From Phoronis australis (taxonomy: Eukaryota > Animalia > Phoronida): a stretch of 64,000 bases of DNA. Location of the stretch: positions 190,279 through 254,278 of the forward strand of contig NMRA01000392.1 of assembly GCA_002633005.1 (NCBI GenBank), given 5' to 3'. The position numbers and the translations under genes were made by a program. Below are positions 13,057-24,464 of this stretch, one piece after another. The first letter of the stretch is position 1; each line of letters opens with the position of its first letter. Under the pieces are notes generated by a model. The model was not told where the DNA came from. It made no database searches and worked only from the letters and a program-made list of their open reading frames with translations.

Positions 13057-13310
13057 GAAAAATGGGGTATCCCCGTTTACCCGTTATACCACGGTTTGTG
13101 AGACGTTTCGTTTGGTTGACAAAATTATTGATCCGACATTCAAGTACCACGAGACAATAGGAAAGCTGTGCGCAGAACTTGCACGGTCTCTCGCCGAACC
13201 GTTAATTTTGCCTATGAATGTTACTCGTTATGCAGAAGGCTTTGAGATCAAGTTGTAGTACTTCGAAGCGCAACATAAACAAAGGATTGAAAACAGAGGA
13301 CTGACTACAG
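13057..13310 (+). CDS. GCPII/NAALADase-like exon with frameshift and premature stop (EKWGIPVYPLYH / TVCETFRLVDKIIDPTFKYH...KL*YFEAQHKQRIENRGLTT)
   Basis: tttcag| acceptor and |gtattt donor; YPLYH and ETFRLV lie in different frames; TAG at 13256. Confidence 0.85.
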
Positions 13311-13493
13311 GTATTTTTCAGTCTGTACAATCACAACGACATGTTTAAAAGTAGGCTTGTAAACGGGTTAAAGTGGTTACTATCAAATGCGTATAAAACG
13401 GACGGTATATAGCTTGTCCAAAAACGGCGCCTTCCGACAGAGTATGCAACAATGCACGGAAAATTTATGTACTTTTTATAAATGTCATTTCAG

Positions 13494-13591
13494 CAAAGCT
13501 GAGGAAAGCAGTGGAGGAGTTTTCCTCTATTGCTACCAAGTTCCAGGAGCGCGTTCGAAAGATTTCAAGTGAAAAGTACACCAAAAAAAGA
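13494..13591 (+). CDS. GCPII/NAALADase-like exon (KLRKAVEEFSSIATKFQERVRKISSE...); donor after 13575 or after 13591
   Basis: tttcag| acceptor; A...F...A.KF.ER pattern of the dimerisation domain. Confidence 0.75.
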
Positions 13592-13718
13592 GTAAGTTCA
13601 TGCTCAAAATAAACAGTTTTTTCCAGGGTATTTTAAATGTGAGAGATCAAGCTAAAATATATGGTCTACGCATTGGCTTTGACAAACACGTGCCTGTCTT
13701 CTTTCCAACCCGTTCCAG

Positions 13719-13798
13719 CTACGGATGATAAACGATCAGATGATGTTACTAGAAAGAGCATTCACCGACCCAGCTGGATTACCAACAACAACAAGTAC
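13719..13798 (+). CDS. GCPII/NAALADase-like exon ([22 protein letters not shown])
   Basis: Highly conserved RMxNDQxMxLERAF motif; ttccag| acceptor and |gtattt donor. Confidence 0.85.
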
Positions 13799-14823
13799 GT
13801 ATTTACTTTGCGCTAAACCTGAACAACAGATTCATAAGTTTTGTACGGTGACCTTCTCAAATTAATAGTAAAATTACTAGGCCTAAATGTGTCATCTCCT
13901 CCGAATTTGATCGGGTCAATGATAAATTTTCGATTAAGAGATGTCACCGCTGTAGGAGTCAATTTCAATTTTTTTGAACTCATTATTATAGTCCAGGAGC
14001 TAAGAGGTGAACATGAGCAACTTTTGGTGGGGCAAGGCCCCGATTGACACTTTGAGTTTCGCCGGTCCCTCATCACGTTACATGTTGTACCCCATGCGAG
14101 AACTTAACTCTTCCCTTCAGCCACTCGTGACCGTCTCAAAGCATTTTCCCGGGGACGTCATCTCAGCAGCTTCACGCTAGACGTGGATTGATAACGTTTC
14201 ACGAATACATTTATCCTATTTTCCCCTGGTGATGTAGTCAGGATACATAGTTTCTTCCAAAGGCGTTAACGGTCTCTACTGTCTCTGTTTCTACATCGCC
14301 TGGTTAAATCGCGAAGAGCGACATCTGACGTACTGCCGGTGAAACATTTAAAAACAATTCCTAACACTGAGCGTTTTGAAGAATAGTGTATGAAGCATAG
14401 TATCTGTGCTCCGGATCAGCCTTTTTGACATACTGTGTTGGGAAAAATTGGACATTATGCTAGGGTCCTAAATAACCTTAGCTCGAGATACTTAATTCCG
14501 TTCAATTAATTAAAGCCAAACTTTGAGCTTGACACTCTAGTTATTGGCACTGGTGTTTATAGCTCATCTAGAGTTCAATATTCTGTGCAAACCACAGGCC
14601 TCATGTAGGCCTACACGAGCACAAAATACAATAGAATACTACATCAACATATCATGTCGGAATACGCGAATCTCCGTGACGTTTATTTGCTCCAAAAGCC
14701 AGAGGGTACTGAAAAACCAAGTAACCTGTTTAGTGTTTCCATAGTGTGGTGTACTTGCTTTAACCATTTGCTGCCTGCTGGTAAGTACGCGTTGTTCAGT
14801 TCAAGATGCCGAACGTTTTCCAG

Positions 14824-15046
14824 GAACGTGATCTACGGTACAAGCACCAAGCGAAACTACCGCAGCATGGTCTTCCCTGGACTGACTGAGGCCCTGTTCG
14901 ACATTGATCACTTGCAGGGAGAGGAAGCGGACAAAGCCTGGCAGCTTGTTGAACAGCAGCTGGCTGTGACAACATTCACTTTGCACTCGGCCGCATCAAC
15001 CATAGATGAAGTCACTAATTTGTTCAGGAATGGAAAGACTGTCTGA
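14824..15046 (+). CDS. GCPII/NAALADase-like last coding exon (NVIYGTSTKRNYRSMVFPGLTEALFD...GKTV*)
   Basis: ttccag| acceptor; VIY..S..N.Y...FPG..DALF motif; TGA ends at 15046. Confidence 0.9.
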
Positions 15047-15189
15047 AACATATCACGTGAAGCGTAACTGAATGTCACTGATCGACATTGCATACACGTA
15101 TACAGTATACACAACGTCGCGCGCACGCACACATGCATACACACGTACGTACCTAATACATACAAAGTACCAGGAAGGCATTACAAAAT

Positions 15190-15394
15190 GCCGATTTGGC
15201 GGAGTGGACAAAAAGGTCCGCCCCGAGAGACAAAAATTCCGAGAAAATGGGACTAAAGTCCACTAAATAAGCGCAATTCACAGTGGAGCTCCCGTTTTTT
15301 TTGTTTTTTTTATTTAGTCCGCCCGCTCTTTAGCAAAAGGTCCACAACGTAGGGAATTCGAGCCCCCCCAAATTGAAGGCTGGGTGCGCGCATG
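15190..15394. mobile_element. Short dispersed MITE-like repeat, related to 48955-49208
   Basis: Shared aaaaaggtcc, ccgagaaaatg, attcacagtgg, tagtccgccc and ggaattcga segments. Confidence 0.65.
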
Positions 15395-18300
15395 AAAAGC
15401 GAAGCATTTTCTTATTACTGATGGTTAAGGTAGTTGTTACGGAAAAGATCACCTCATGAGAGTAAAATGCCGGTGTGCCCGTTTTTAGCAAGCTAAACAG
15501 TGCAAACGTCGAGTTTCACTTGGAAATGGAGAAAATCACTCATTTCAAATTAAAAATTTTCCCAGAGCTGCCTCCGGGCTCCACAGGTAATGACCCTCCG
15601 ACGTAATATTTTGCTTCTTACCCGATGGGGATGAGTCACACCAAATATAATGGTTTAGGATGAGCTGACAATCACATTGCTGAGAGTGGCTGACGACGGC
15701 CGGTGGAGCTCTCGAAGAGTAACACAACTACATAACATTTCTCTAGAGCGTGTACATCGATAGTACATGCTGCACTGAAAAAGTTAAGAACCGCGAATTT
15801 CCTAACAACAATTCTCGGACCACTCAAAGTGTAAATCCACCAATGTAAGACAAGGTAGATATGTATTTTTCACAAACATCCTGTGCTACGAAAAACAGCT
15901 GGGCTTGGAGTAACCAATGACAAAAAAGAGGAAAAATAAATGGGCTTGTGTGATATAAAACTTATTGCGTTGTAAAATTTAACCTTAAATAAACGTTTTT
16001 ACTTGACTAAAGTCTAAATAAGGATAAAAAGAGACGAAAAAAGAGGAAAACGGAAATCAAATAAGAGGAAATCGAAACCAAAAATGAGGATATTCTGTTA
16101 AAAGAGGAAAATTCTAAGCCCTGAAACAGGAAGCCTTTCGTAAACCGAAGAAAAAGCACATGGATCTCACAGCCGATGGAAAGTCCCATGAAGTGCATAC
16201 ACTGCCATAACTAGTTGATCACCCAAAGCAAAAAACATACCCCTCTGGTGTGTACACCCCGAGGGTACTCCCACAAATGAAGGGATACGGGAAGTGACTT
16301 CGAGTTTCCAGACCAACAAAAGAACGCCTTTTTCTGACAAAATTCACTTAGGGAGTTTGGAACTCCATAAAAGGTTCATTTTTTCCAATGAACTAAACAA
16401 ATGAGCTGAAGTCGTAGAGTATTTTCAATAGGTACCTGTATTTTAAATTTTTTTTGATGCAAGATGTTGACTGTTTTTTACAGCATGACATCTGTTTTTG
16501 TATTGTTTCAAGCTTGATGGGATGAAAATTCACCTTTCGAAGAATCCCTATATGAGAATATTTATGGAGCTGACCCTTACAAAAGGTGCTGTGACAAAAT
16601 CCTGCAGATGAGCAACTTTTTTCCAGTCCACCTTCTAAATGAGCGAGTATCTTAATTTTCCAGCTGCACCCCGCCAAAATACAGGGTTTAACGCAAACTC
16701 CGTGCGCCTGAAACCTTTTTACATGACATTCATAAGGGAGATCAACTTTCGTATTAGGCCACATAGGCCTACTGTTAGGAAATTGTTGATAATAGTGCTC
16801 AAATTGTGGATTTCAAGTCTTGGAATGAACTGTCAGTCCAGGCTCCACCAGTTAGCTTATCACCGTCTGTGTCATGTTATACACAAAGCAAGGGAGAATT
16901 GATAGTAGTTTGTGAACCCCCAAATCACTTCTCATCTGAATAGAGAACAAATCGGAAAAACTTTGTGTCAGCAAGTGGTCTAAATCTAAAGTTTGCCTCT
17001 TGGAGGATCATTTATAGCCGCTTAAAGGTATACCAAGATTGTAATTTTCATAACAGCATGACTTGTGGCAGTCAGTTTGAATGTGCCAACAGGGAAGTCA
17101 AATTTAAATGTAATAGCTTTTATTTTATATATTTTCTATACCATTAAATAAATCATGTCGTGGTCTTACTGTATGATGATGCTGTGTTGTACATCAAAGC
17201 TTTTAATTAGAAGTTGAACAGAAAATTTCCACTTTACCAAGTGTAAAGTTGGCTTAGGTATCCATATGACTAAATCACAAGGTACCAGAGATGACAAGGC
17301 ACTGGTCCAGTTACAGTACCACTTAACTGAATAGCTAAAACATGCTTTCAGACATAAGATGTTGGGCACAGGTGCAAAGTTTAATGGCATTGACAAACAA
17401 TCAACTACAAGATTTAATCACAAATCAATCAATACATTGTAATAGATTTAACACAAAGATAGGGCTCACTACTTTCCCCAAACAAGTTAATAAATCACTC
17501 TTATTGTTTATTCAAAGCCTAAATACCTCGAGACCCTTGGATGAACAATCACATCTCGAGCAAATAACTTAGTAGATGGAAGCCTTCCACCATCCCTTGT
17601 ACTTTACATGGCATTATTCCTGCATTCTTAGTAAACACTCGTTTTCACCACTGGCCATAACTAAAGTAGCACCCAAAAGCTAGATTCGTAACCTCTGAAA
17701 TCTAAATGCATGCTGAGGGTGTTTTAGTTGATAAATCAGATCATCCAGACTCTCCTGCAACATAACCTTTGATGCTGACCATATGTCACGCCAGTTTTAA
17801 AGCAAAATGCAACAATGTATTCCTGGCATCTACAGTTTGACTTCCTTCTAATGCACCAACTAAACATGAAAATCTTGAAATAAAAATTATTATCAAAGCA
17901 GGTTCAAACATTGCAGACCACAAAAACAATCAGTTTAAATCATGAATTGGAAACAATAAAGCACCTGCTACAGAACAGAAACAGCAAGTTTTGAGGGACA
18001 GATCAATCTTTTCAAAAGTAACAAATTTTGACTTTTTTTACATGCTGATGATTTAGGTGGCCTGTTAGAGAGTGAAATTCATTTGCTGTCATTCCATAGA
18101 AATATTAGTAAAATATTCTGCATGGCTAAGTAAAGGAGTATATAATTTGCACTTTAGGTGATGAGTTAAAAGGAAATGCCTCTTTAAAGTGTTATTCTAA
18201 AGTTCAACATTACTCAGAATTATAATTTTGGAAGTTGTATACTAACACGACAGCTGGTGAGCAACATATTGTATATCTAGAAACTCTTAACTTGGGTAAT

Positions 18301-18582
18301 GACAACTAATGTGATGACATCATTCCCAGACATGTAAATTCAAGTAGAAATATGAGCTAAAGTGTGCAAGTACGTTGTTGTCTCTGTATTGAGTTCTGGG
18401 TAATGGTAAACACGGCAACAAATGTTCGTCCATGGCACCAAGAAAATCTCAACACAGAGCTCCTTTAAAAGATTTTGTCAACAAGCACGGTCTCACATAG
18501 CCATTAACAATCAAAAATCCACAAGAACACAATATTTCTTCAATCACACCAGTTTAACCATTAAATGCTAGAGTCTACGTCA

Positions 18583-18717
18583 TCACAAGCCTAATAACAG
18601 AGTTCTTGGGTCCTCCACTGCTGACTTGATGGTCTTTAAAAAAGTCACCGCATCTCTGCCGTCAATCAGTCTGTGGTCGTAGGTCAAAGCCACGTACATC
18701 ATAGGCCTCACTTCAAT
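18583..18717 (-). CDS. DLST: DLST last exon ([44 protein letters not shown])
   Basis: DHRLIDG active-site motif of the 2-oxoacid dehydrogenase E2; tag| acceptor; stop at 18583-18585. Confidence 0.97.
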   Translation of the reverse strand: MEVRPMMYVALTYDHRLIDGRDAVTFLKTIKSAVEDPRTLLLGL

Positions 18718-19300
18718 CTAAGCAAACAAAAAACTTAAAACATAGTATGAAGTAAAAGTTAAAGCAGATTTAAATTGAGTTAAGTTAACTAGAATCATGA
18801 TGTAGAAATTATAAATGAACACATTTCTGGAAAGTCGATGATAATAAAGGCACCGATGAAGTCGGCTTCCAAACAAAAACAAACTTTTGATTTAGAGCAC
18901 TTAACAGTTATGAAATTGATGCCAACTTGTTCTTTTTTCAGTTTAGTAGTGGTGTCTGGGAAAGGAAAGAACAGATAATTGTTTATCGTTCGAGACCAGA
19001 CTCAACAACAGGTTATCTCAAGACAGGTCACTTTATGCACCAAGCATGGTCTCCATCAATTACATTTTTCCAAGCCCAGAAACAACTCCTCAATTGAGCA
19101 AGGAACAAGATGGGACTAGTTTTATAGCAAATGTTCAATTATTTTTGTAACGCAGGCACACAGCAGCTTTGTCTGCACTGTAATTTGTCAACTCGGGCCA
19201 AGAAGATAAATATGTGGGGACGTAAAACGCAGCTGTGGCTGAAATTAATACAGGCGTTAAGACCACAATCAGCTTTGGTTTTTTGGCTTTATCCCAGATA

Positions 19301-19380
19301 ATTTATTTATTTATTTAAACTTCTTTAAAAGCCTGGGTGACCACTTCAGTGAATACACTGATTTTCGAGTGGGCCCAGTC
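19301..19380 (-). mobile_element. 3' tail of an L2/CR1-type LINE or SINE (stem-loop plus (AAAT)n tail)
   Basis: Minus strand reads ctgggcccactcgaaaatcagtgtattcactgaagtggtcacccagg...aaataaataaataaat. Confidence 0.5.
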
Positions 19381-21514
19381 GGAAATAATTACATGAAGTA
19401 AAATACAGACAGCTATGTACAATTAGATTGAAAATATAATAAATAAAATAAATTAGTATAAAATTAGTTAATATGTACAATATGATGAATAAATAAGATA
19501 GAATAGAGTAAAATAGTAATGAGCTGATAAATTTTCAAGATGACCAAATTCCCCTGAGTTCTAATTAATTATGCATGAGTCACTCCAGCCTTAGGTGGCA
19601 CTGAATAGTTAGGTTGTGGCCGCGGTCAATTTGCACTCCCAAAATGTTAAAATCTAGGGCTAGGCCAGGCTTGGGGGCATTTTTCAATTAGGTATTGTGT
19701 GTAGGCCAAGTGAATGTTTTTTTGTTGTATTTGTGAACATGCTGGGAATGAAAAAAGGCCAGTTTCTCGGCTGTAGCTGCACTCTTCTTCAAGATGGTGG
19801 CCCCCTGTTGCAGTTGTGCATTGCTGTGTAGCAACTGAGAAATTGGCCGCGATTTCAGGTAGCCCTCAAACAAGCCAGATTTGCAAAAAAACTAGTTGGT
19901 TGACAGTACTTTTGGACCACATTTTTGGAATCGGTAGGAAATTTGCTTTCGGAATCTAATGTTGGCTTTAGTCGAGCATCGGCAGGAAAGTGGTGATTTT
20001 GGGGTGAAAAGTGCCGATTTTGCATTTTTTTGCCCTCATTTTTCTTAGTTCGGCTTGGTTTCCACTGGGAGTGAATGGGTCAAAAATACAAGAGAGAATA
20101 AAGTTTCTGTGCTCATCTGTAGGGCTTGTGATGTGAAATGACTCAAAACATTTCCTTATTTGCATGTAGTTTTGGACAAAGTGAAGAAAGGGTGAAGAGT
20201 GCATTGACGTGTGTTCTGACAGGCAAACCCCTGTGAGAACTGTTCTGTGCCCCCTTAGTCAATGTGAATAAAAGATCAAGTAGCCATACTGGTTTTGTCT
20301 CAGACATACAGACAAACTTCAGTTTGTAAGTTAAGGACAGTTGAATTTAAAAAAACGTAGGAATCACGCTTTGCTGTAAATGACTTTTCTGACCAGTTGG
20401 TTAATTCAGAACAAGTTCATATGCAAAAGCTTCAATCACAAATTGATAAGACTGTACTTTGTGATTATAGGAATCCTTTCGTTCTGATTCATAATTTCAA
20501 GGATTTGTGTAATTAGAAGTAGTGTAAACAATTTATAAGTGATGTACTGAAATCGAGGTTGATGAAAATTTATGCTACTTTAATATCGACGTGAATATCG
20601 ATCATCAGAAGCAAAACTAATATCTTCGGCAATAGAGCAGGGGTAGGGGGCACATGACCCATTTTAGCTTCTGCAATGTACAGGACTACGTTATGCTTCA
20701 AACTTGAAATTTAACATCTGACCTATTTAGCTTCAGTCCTTTCCCCACCAACTAAAAAAATTTCCAGTTCTGATCTGTGGAAGGGGAGGGGGCAATTTCG
20801 CCTTGCAAAATTAGTGCTGCCTACCTGTCGTAGTTCCCTTGGTCCAATTGGTTTTCACTCGATAAGAATTTTTGCCTCAACTTAAAAATCCCCGGGAGGT
20901 TGCTCTGCCTTGCAAAATCACATGTGTGTTCAGATGACTTATGTTGAAAGTGCCAACACATTTTGCCCCAAGAAAAACAATGGATATTTCACATGCCCAT
21001 CAATTGATCTTATGCCTGTAAGTCTACCCTACCCCTGCCGATCAGTAGTAGTGGACACCAGGTTTCAGCCACGCCAGGGTCTGTCACTGCTGATTTTATG
21101 AAGGAATTCTGGTACTCGGCCACATACATTACAGATTACATTGCTATGCAAATTATTTACGGTAAATACATTTTTGAAGTACTTTCTGAAGGAAACTGAA
21201 ACCGAATGACACTTCCAATGGTAAGAAGCATCCTGTGCTATGTGGTTCTTTAAATTTATTGACCTTTCCAATGTGGCCGCTGTGAGTTATATAGAGCCAA
21301 TAGGTGACAAGTCATCTAGCCGCTTACATATTTATGAGTATAGCAAAGAACACATGCTAGCAATATGCAGCTCTCATGTCACAATTTATCAGTGGGTAAA
21401 CAGAAGACAGCAAAAGTGTACCACAGTAAAAACATTTTCAACATAATGCCATGACTATGTATCTGCTGACAAGTCTTGGATTTCCAAAAGATTAATCCAA
21501 CAAGCTGGACTTAC

Positions 21515-21685
21515 TTGACCACCGCTCACAGACATTGGTCGATCAAAAATTGCATGCATTCCTAAGATGGCAGATTGTGGTGGATTGATGATAGGCGTGC
21601 CAAACATCGAGCCAAACACGCCACCATTACTGATGGTGAAGGTACCGCCATCCATGTCTTCAACGGCTAGAGTGTTTGTACGTGC
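21515..21685 (-). CDS. DLST: DLST exon ([57 protein letters not shown])
   Basis: [10 protein letters not shown] and [13 protein letters not shown] motifs; cag| acceptor and |gtaagt donor. Confidence 0.97.
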
Positions 21686-22397
21686 CTGTCAATAATAAAC
21701 ACATGTGACTCACTGGTAAAATATTAAGACTGCTGATGAGGTTAAGCAAACCTTAGTCACCTGGGCACTTATTATGGCGAATACGGTATGTTTTGAAAGA
21801 AATGATTATAATACAGAGTACACACATTGAACTTATCATAGATTTCCAGGTGAGTCGCCATCTTGATACAAGTGGTGAAAGTTCATGCCAAAGGAGTCTT
21901 TTTGAAGAGACAGTAGACAACATGCGACAATTTACCAAATAAATGAGAACCAAATGTCTCAAGAGGTGCTGGTGACTGAACCACATCTATTGAAATTGGT
22001 CGGGTTTGTTGCTAGCATATGCTTTTGAAATCATAATAATGGCAAAGTTAAAAAACTTACAGAAGTTGGGTGTTTTTAATTCCTTTTCACCTTTTTAAAA
22101 ACATGATAAAATAACCAATAGCAGCAATGTCACCAAGATCCAACCAGGCAAAAAAAAGAAAAGAAAAATGGTTTGGAAATGTTTTAATGGGATACCACGT
22201 CACTCTAGAAACCAACACCAGCATTTAACTTTGAAGCACTTTGCAGTTTATCAACCTTACAAAAATATCACTGGTTTTGTACGCATGGTGGGGAGGTCAG
22301 GAAAAGTGCAGGGTTTGCACTCTCGTGAAAATACCGAAAATTGTGAACAGTCCCTCAGAGTACGTAAGACAAAAATTGCGATAGCAGTTATACAAAC

Positions 22398-22481
22398 CTT
22401 TTCTCCTAAATCAGCTATATATTTTTCTATGCTTGCGTAATCCAGAGTGTCAGCATTTCTGATAACCGGAACCACCAGGCC
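22398..22481 (-). CDS. DLST: DLST exon (GLVVPVIRNADTLDYASIEKYIADLGEK)
   Basis: GLVVPVIRN motif; cag| acceptor and |gtttgt donor; phase 0/0. Confidence 0.95.
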
Positions 22482-23347
22482 CTGCGATTAAGAATGGAAA
22501 TCATGTTGACAACAGAGTGAAAATTTTGTTTACAGTCATAAGGCATGCAGTTCAGTGGTTGGATAGTACGACATATAAAATCTGCATTTACCGAGGCTAA
22601 AGACAGACTTAAAACGTAAAGCCCAAAAACATCGCCTTTCTTTAGATGGCTCAGGTCTGTGAACAGACTCATTTAAAAGCCGCTTGCACTCCGACCTGCG
22701 TACGTCTTGTCAAGTTTAAAGGAATGCACTAGTCAAATTATAAAAATATCTTGCAAGGTTCAAGGAGATACTGCCAGATACAAAAAATACAGGTCTGCCA
22801 CTATTTGTAGTGATCTATGTGGTCATGTGGATACAGAGGTGCAGAATATGTTGAATCCATCCAAATTAATGTAAAGGTGTTATTGTCTTGATGATAAAAA
22901 CTTGTTTACCAAATTTCATGGAAAACTGTCCTGGTATTTTTACGTGTTTTGGAATTTTCTGTGTATTGTATCAGTAGTCATAGTGGCATCCATTTTCTGA
23001 ATAAAACTTGACAATGGTGTATGTTGTATCACCAGAACATGACGTTACATTTTAGAAATAAAAGTTGTTTTCTTTATAAATTCAAATTTTTAAGTAGCAA
23101 CTGAACAATCTAAACCAAATAAGTTAACAGTTTGTGAAAAGTTTGGTCTTACTTCTGCTTAACCTCTGATTTTTGTCATGTGTCGAAGATAAAGTCATGA
23201 CAAAATGACCACTTTAATAAAGAGAGCAAAGTTATTTTTATTATATTAGTAAATTAGTAAACTTCACTATAGATCTCCAACAACAAAGAAAAACATTTCC
23301 GAAATGTAAGAATCCGCATCCTCCCCATCAATACCTAGCTAGCATAC

Positions 23348-23546
23348 CTTGGGCGTGGCGACAGCCACACTGATGTCGACATAATCCCTGTATACAATCT
23401 CGTTCTCATCTATGACTGCATTAACCACTGGCTGGCTCTCCAGTGCATACGCTGCTGCCTTGACAAACGCTGACATGAACCCCACCTTGATGCCATGCTT
23501 CTTAACAAACTGGTCTTGGTACTGTTTCCTCATCTCCATTATATTA
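23348..23546 (-). CDS. DLST: DLST exon ([66 protein letters not shown])
   Basis: Conserved E2o core; cag| acceptor and |gtatgc donor. Confidence 0.97.
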
Positions 23547-24464
23547 CTGCCAATCATGAGACACAACATTGGTTTGACACTGACAAACAATCCATGTACA
23601 GGACTTTCAACAACTTAAGGTCCTAAGTAAATACCTTTGTTACCAAGAATCCAATTTCTTATTAACTATGCATTTTTAAAATATCTTTGATAGTCACAGA
23701 ATCTTATGTGCATGAAATAATGCCCAGATATTCATAATCAAATAACTGCATATATTCTCATTTTTCAATGAGTTTATCACATTTTTCACAAAGATATTGA
23801 TTCACAAATCGTGGTTCTTTATTCTATTACTTATGAAGAGCGTCTACTATTTTCTTTTAAAGCCTTTTAGCCAAAGATCTCTGCAGTCAAAAATCAAGAT
23901 GTTCATTTTTGCTAGCAAAGCTCTGAGGTAAGAGACTCTAAACAAAGGATTTTAAAAAATTAATATATAGTTTGATGAGAGTACTATTTAAGACATTTGA
24001 TTCTTGATAAGAAAGGTACCAGTTGAATTAAAAATCATTTGCTTGGGGAAATGATATTTTATAAAAAGCAGCAAATGATTGGAATTGTCGAAGGATGACT
24101 GAAAAGTGACATTTATATCTTTGTGTGACACCGGCAATATTTGTGTATTAAAATTGAGAATAGGCATTCGTTTCTGAGACACCTGCAGCCAAGACACATA
24201 CACGTCAACTAATAAAATTGAAGTGTGTATATTAAGCAATGACAGGAACACAGGGATGAAAGATCTAATTATTATGGAAATCAGAAATCCCAAAGTCTTC
24301 AAGGATATCATGTAAATGTTCATTTTCGGGCAAATTCTTTGGTGCTTCCATGACATCCTTTTTGTTCCAGAACAGCACTAATAACATTAAAGTATTGATT
24401 ACATGCTAAATGACGTCACAGGAGGTGCTGTTTGAGCATACACATGATTTTTTTGCTACCATTA

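Larger units (their letters stand above)
2298..15046 (+). pseudogene. Glutamate carboxypeptidase II / N-acetylated-alpha-linked acidic dipeptidase (NAALAD2/FOLH1-like, peptidase M28B), 3' part, 9 exons; probable pseudogene
   Basis: Spliced exons give [20 protein letters not shown] / [22 protein letters not shown] / YINLD / LGAGNDY / YPLYH / [15 protein letters not shown] / FPGLTEALFD. Lesions: -1 nt at 7196-7200, -2 nt near 13090, TAG at 13256-13258, acceptor AG>AA near 13708. The 5' exons are not found in the window. Confidence 0.85.

Noticed and set aside
13256-13258. Programmed stop read-through or recoding in the NAALADase gene
   Set aside because: The stop is accompanied by independent frameshifts and a splice lesion; decay or sequencing error is the simpler explanation.
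23640-24360. Additional old L1 endonuclease-region fragment on the minus strand
   Set aside because: Only faint RLD-like and FN..IL-like motifs among many stops; too degraded to support.
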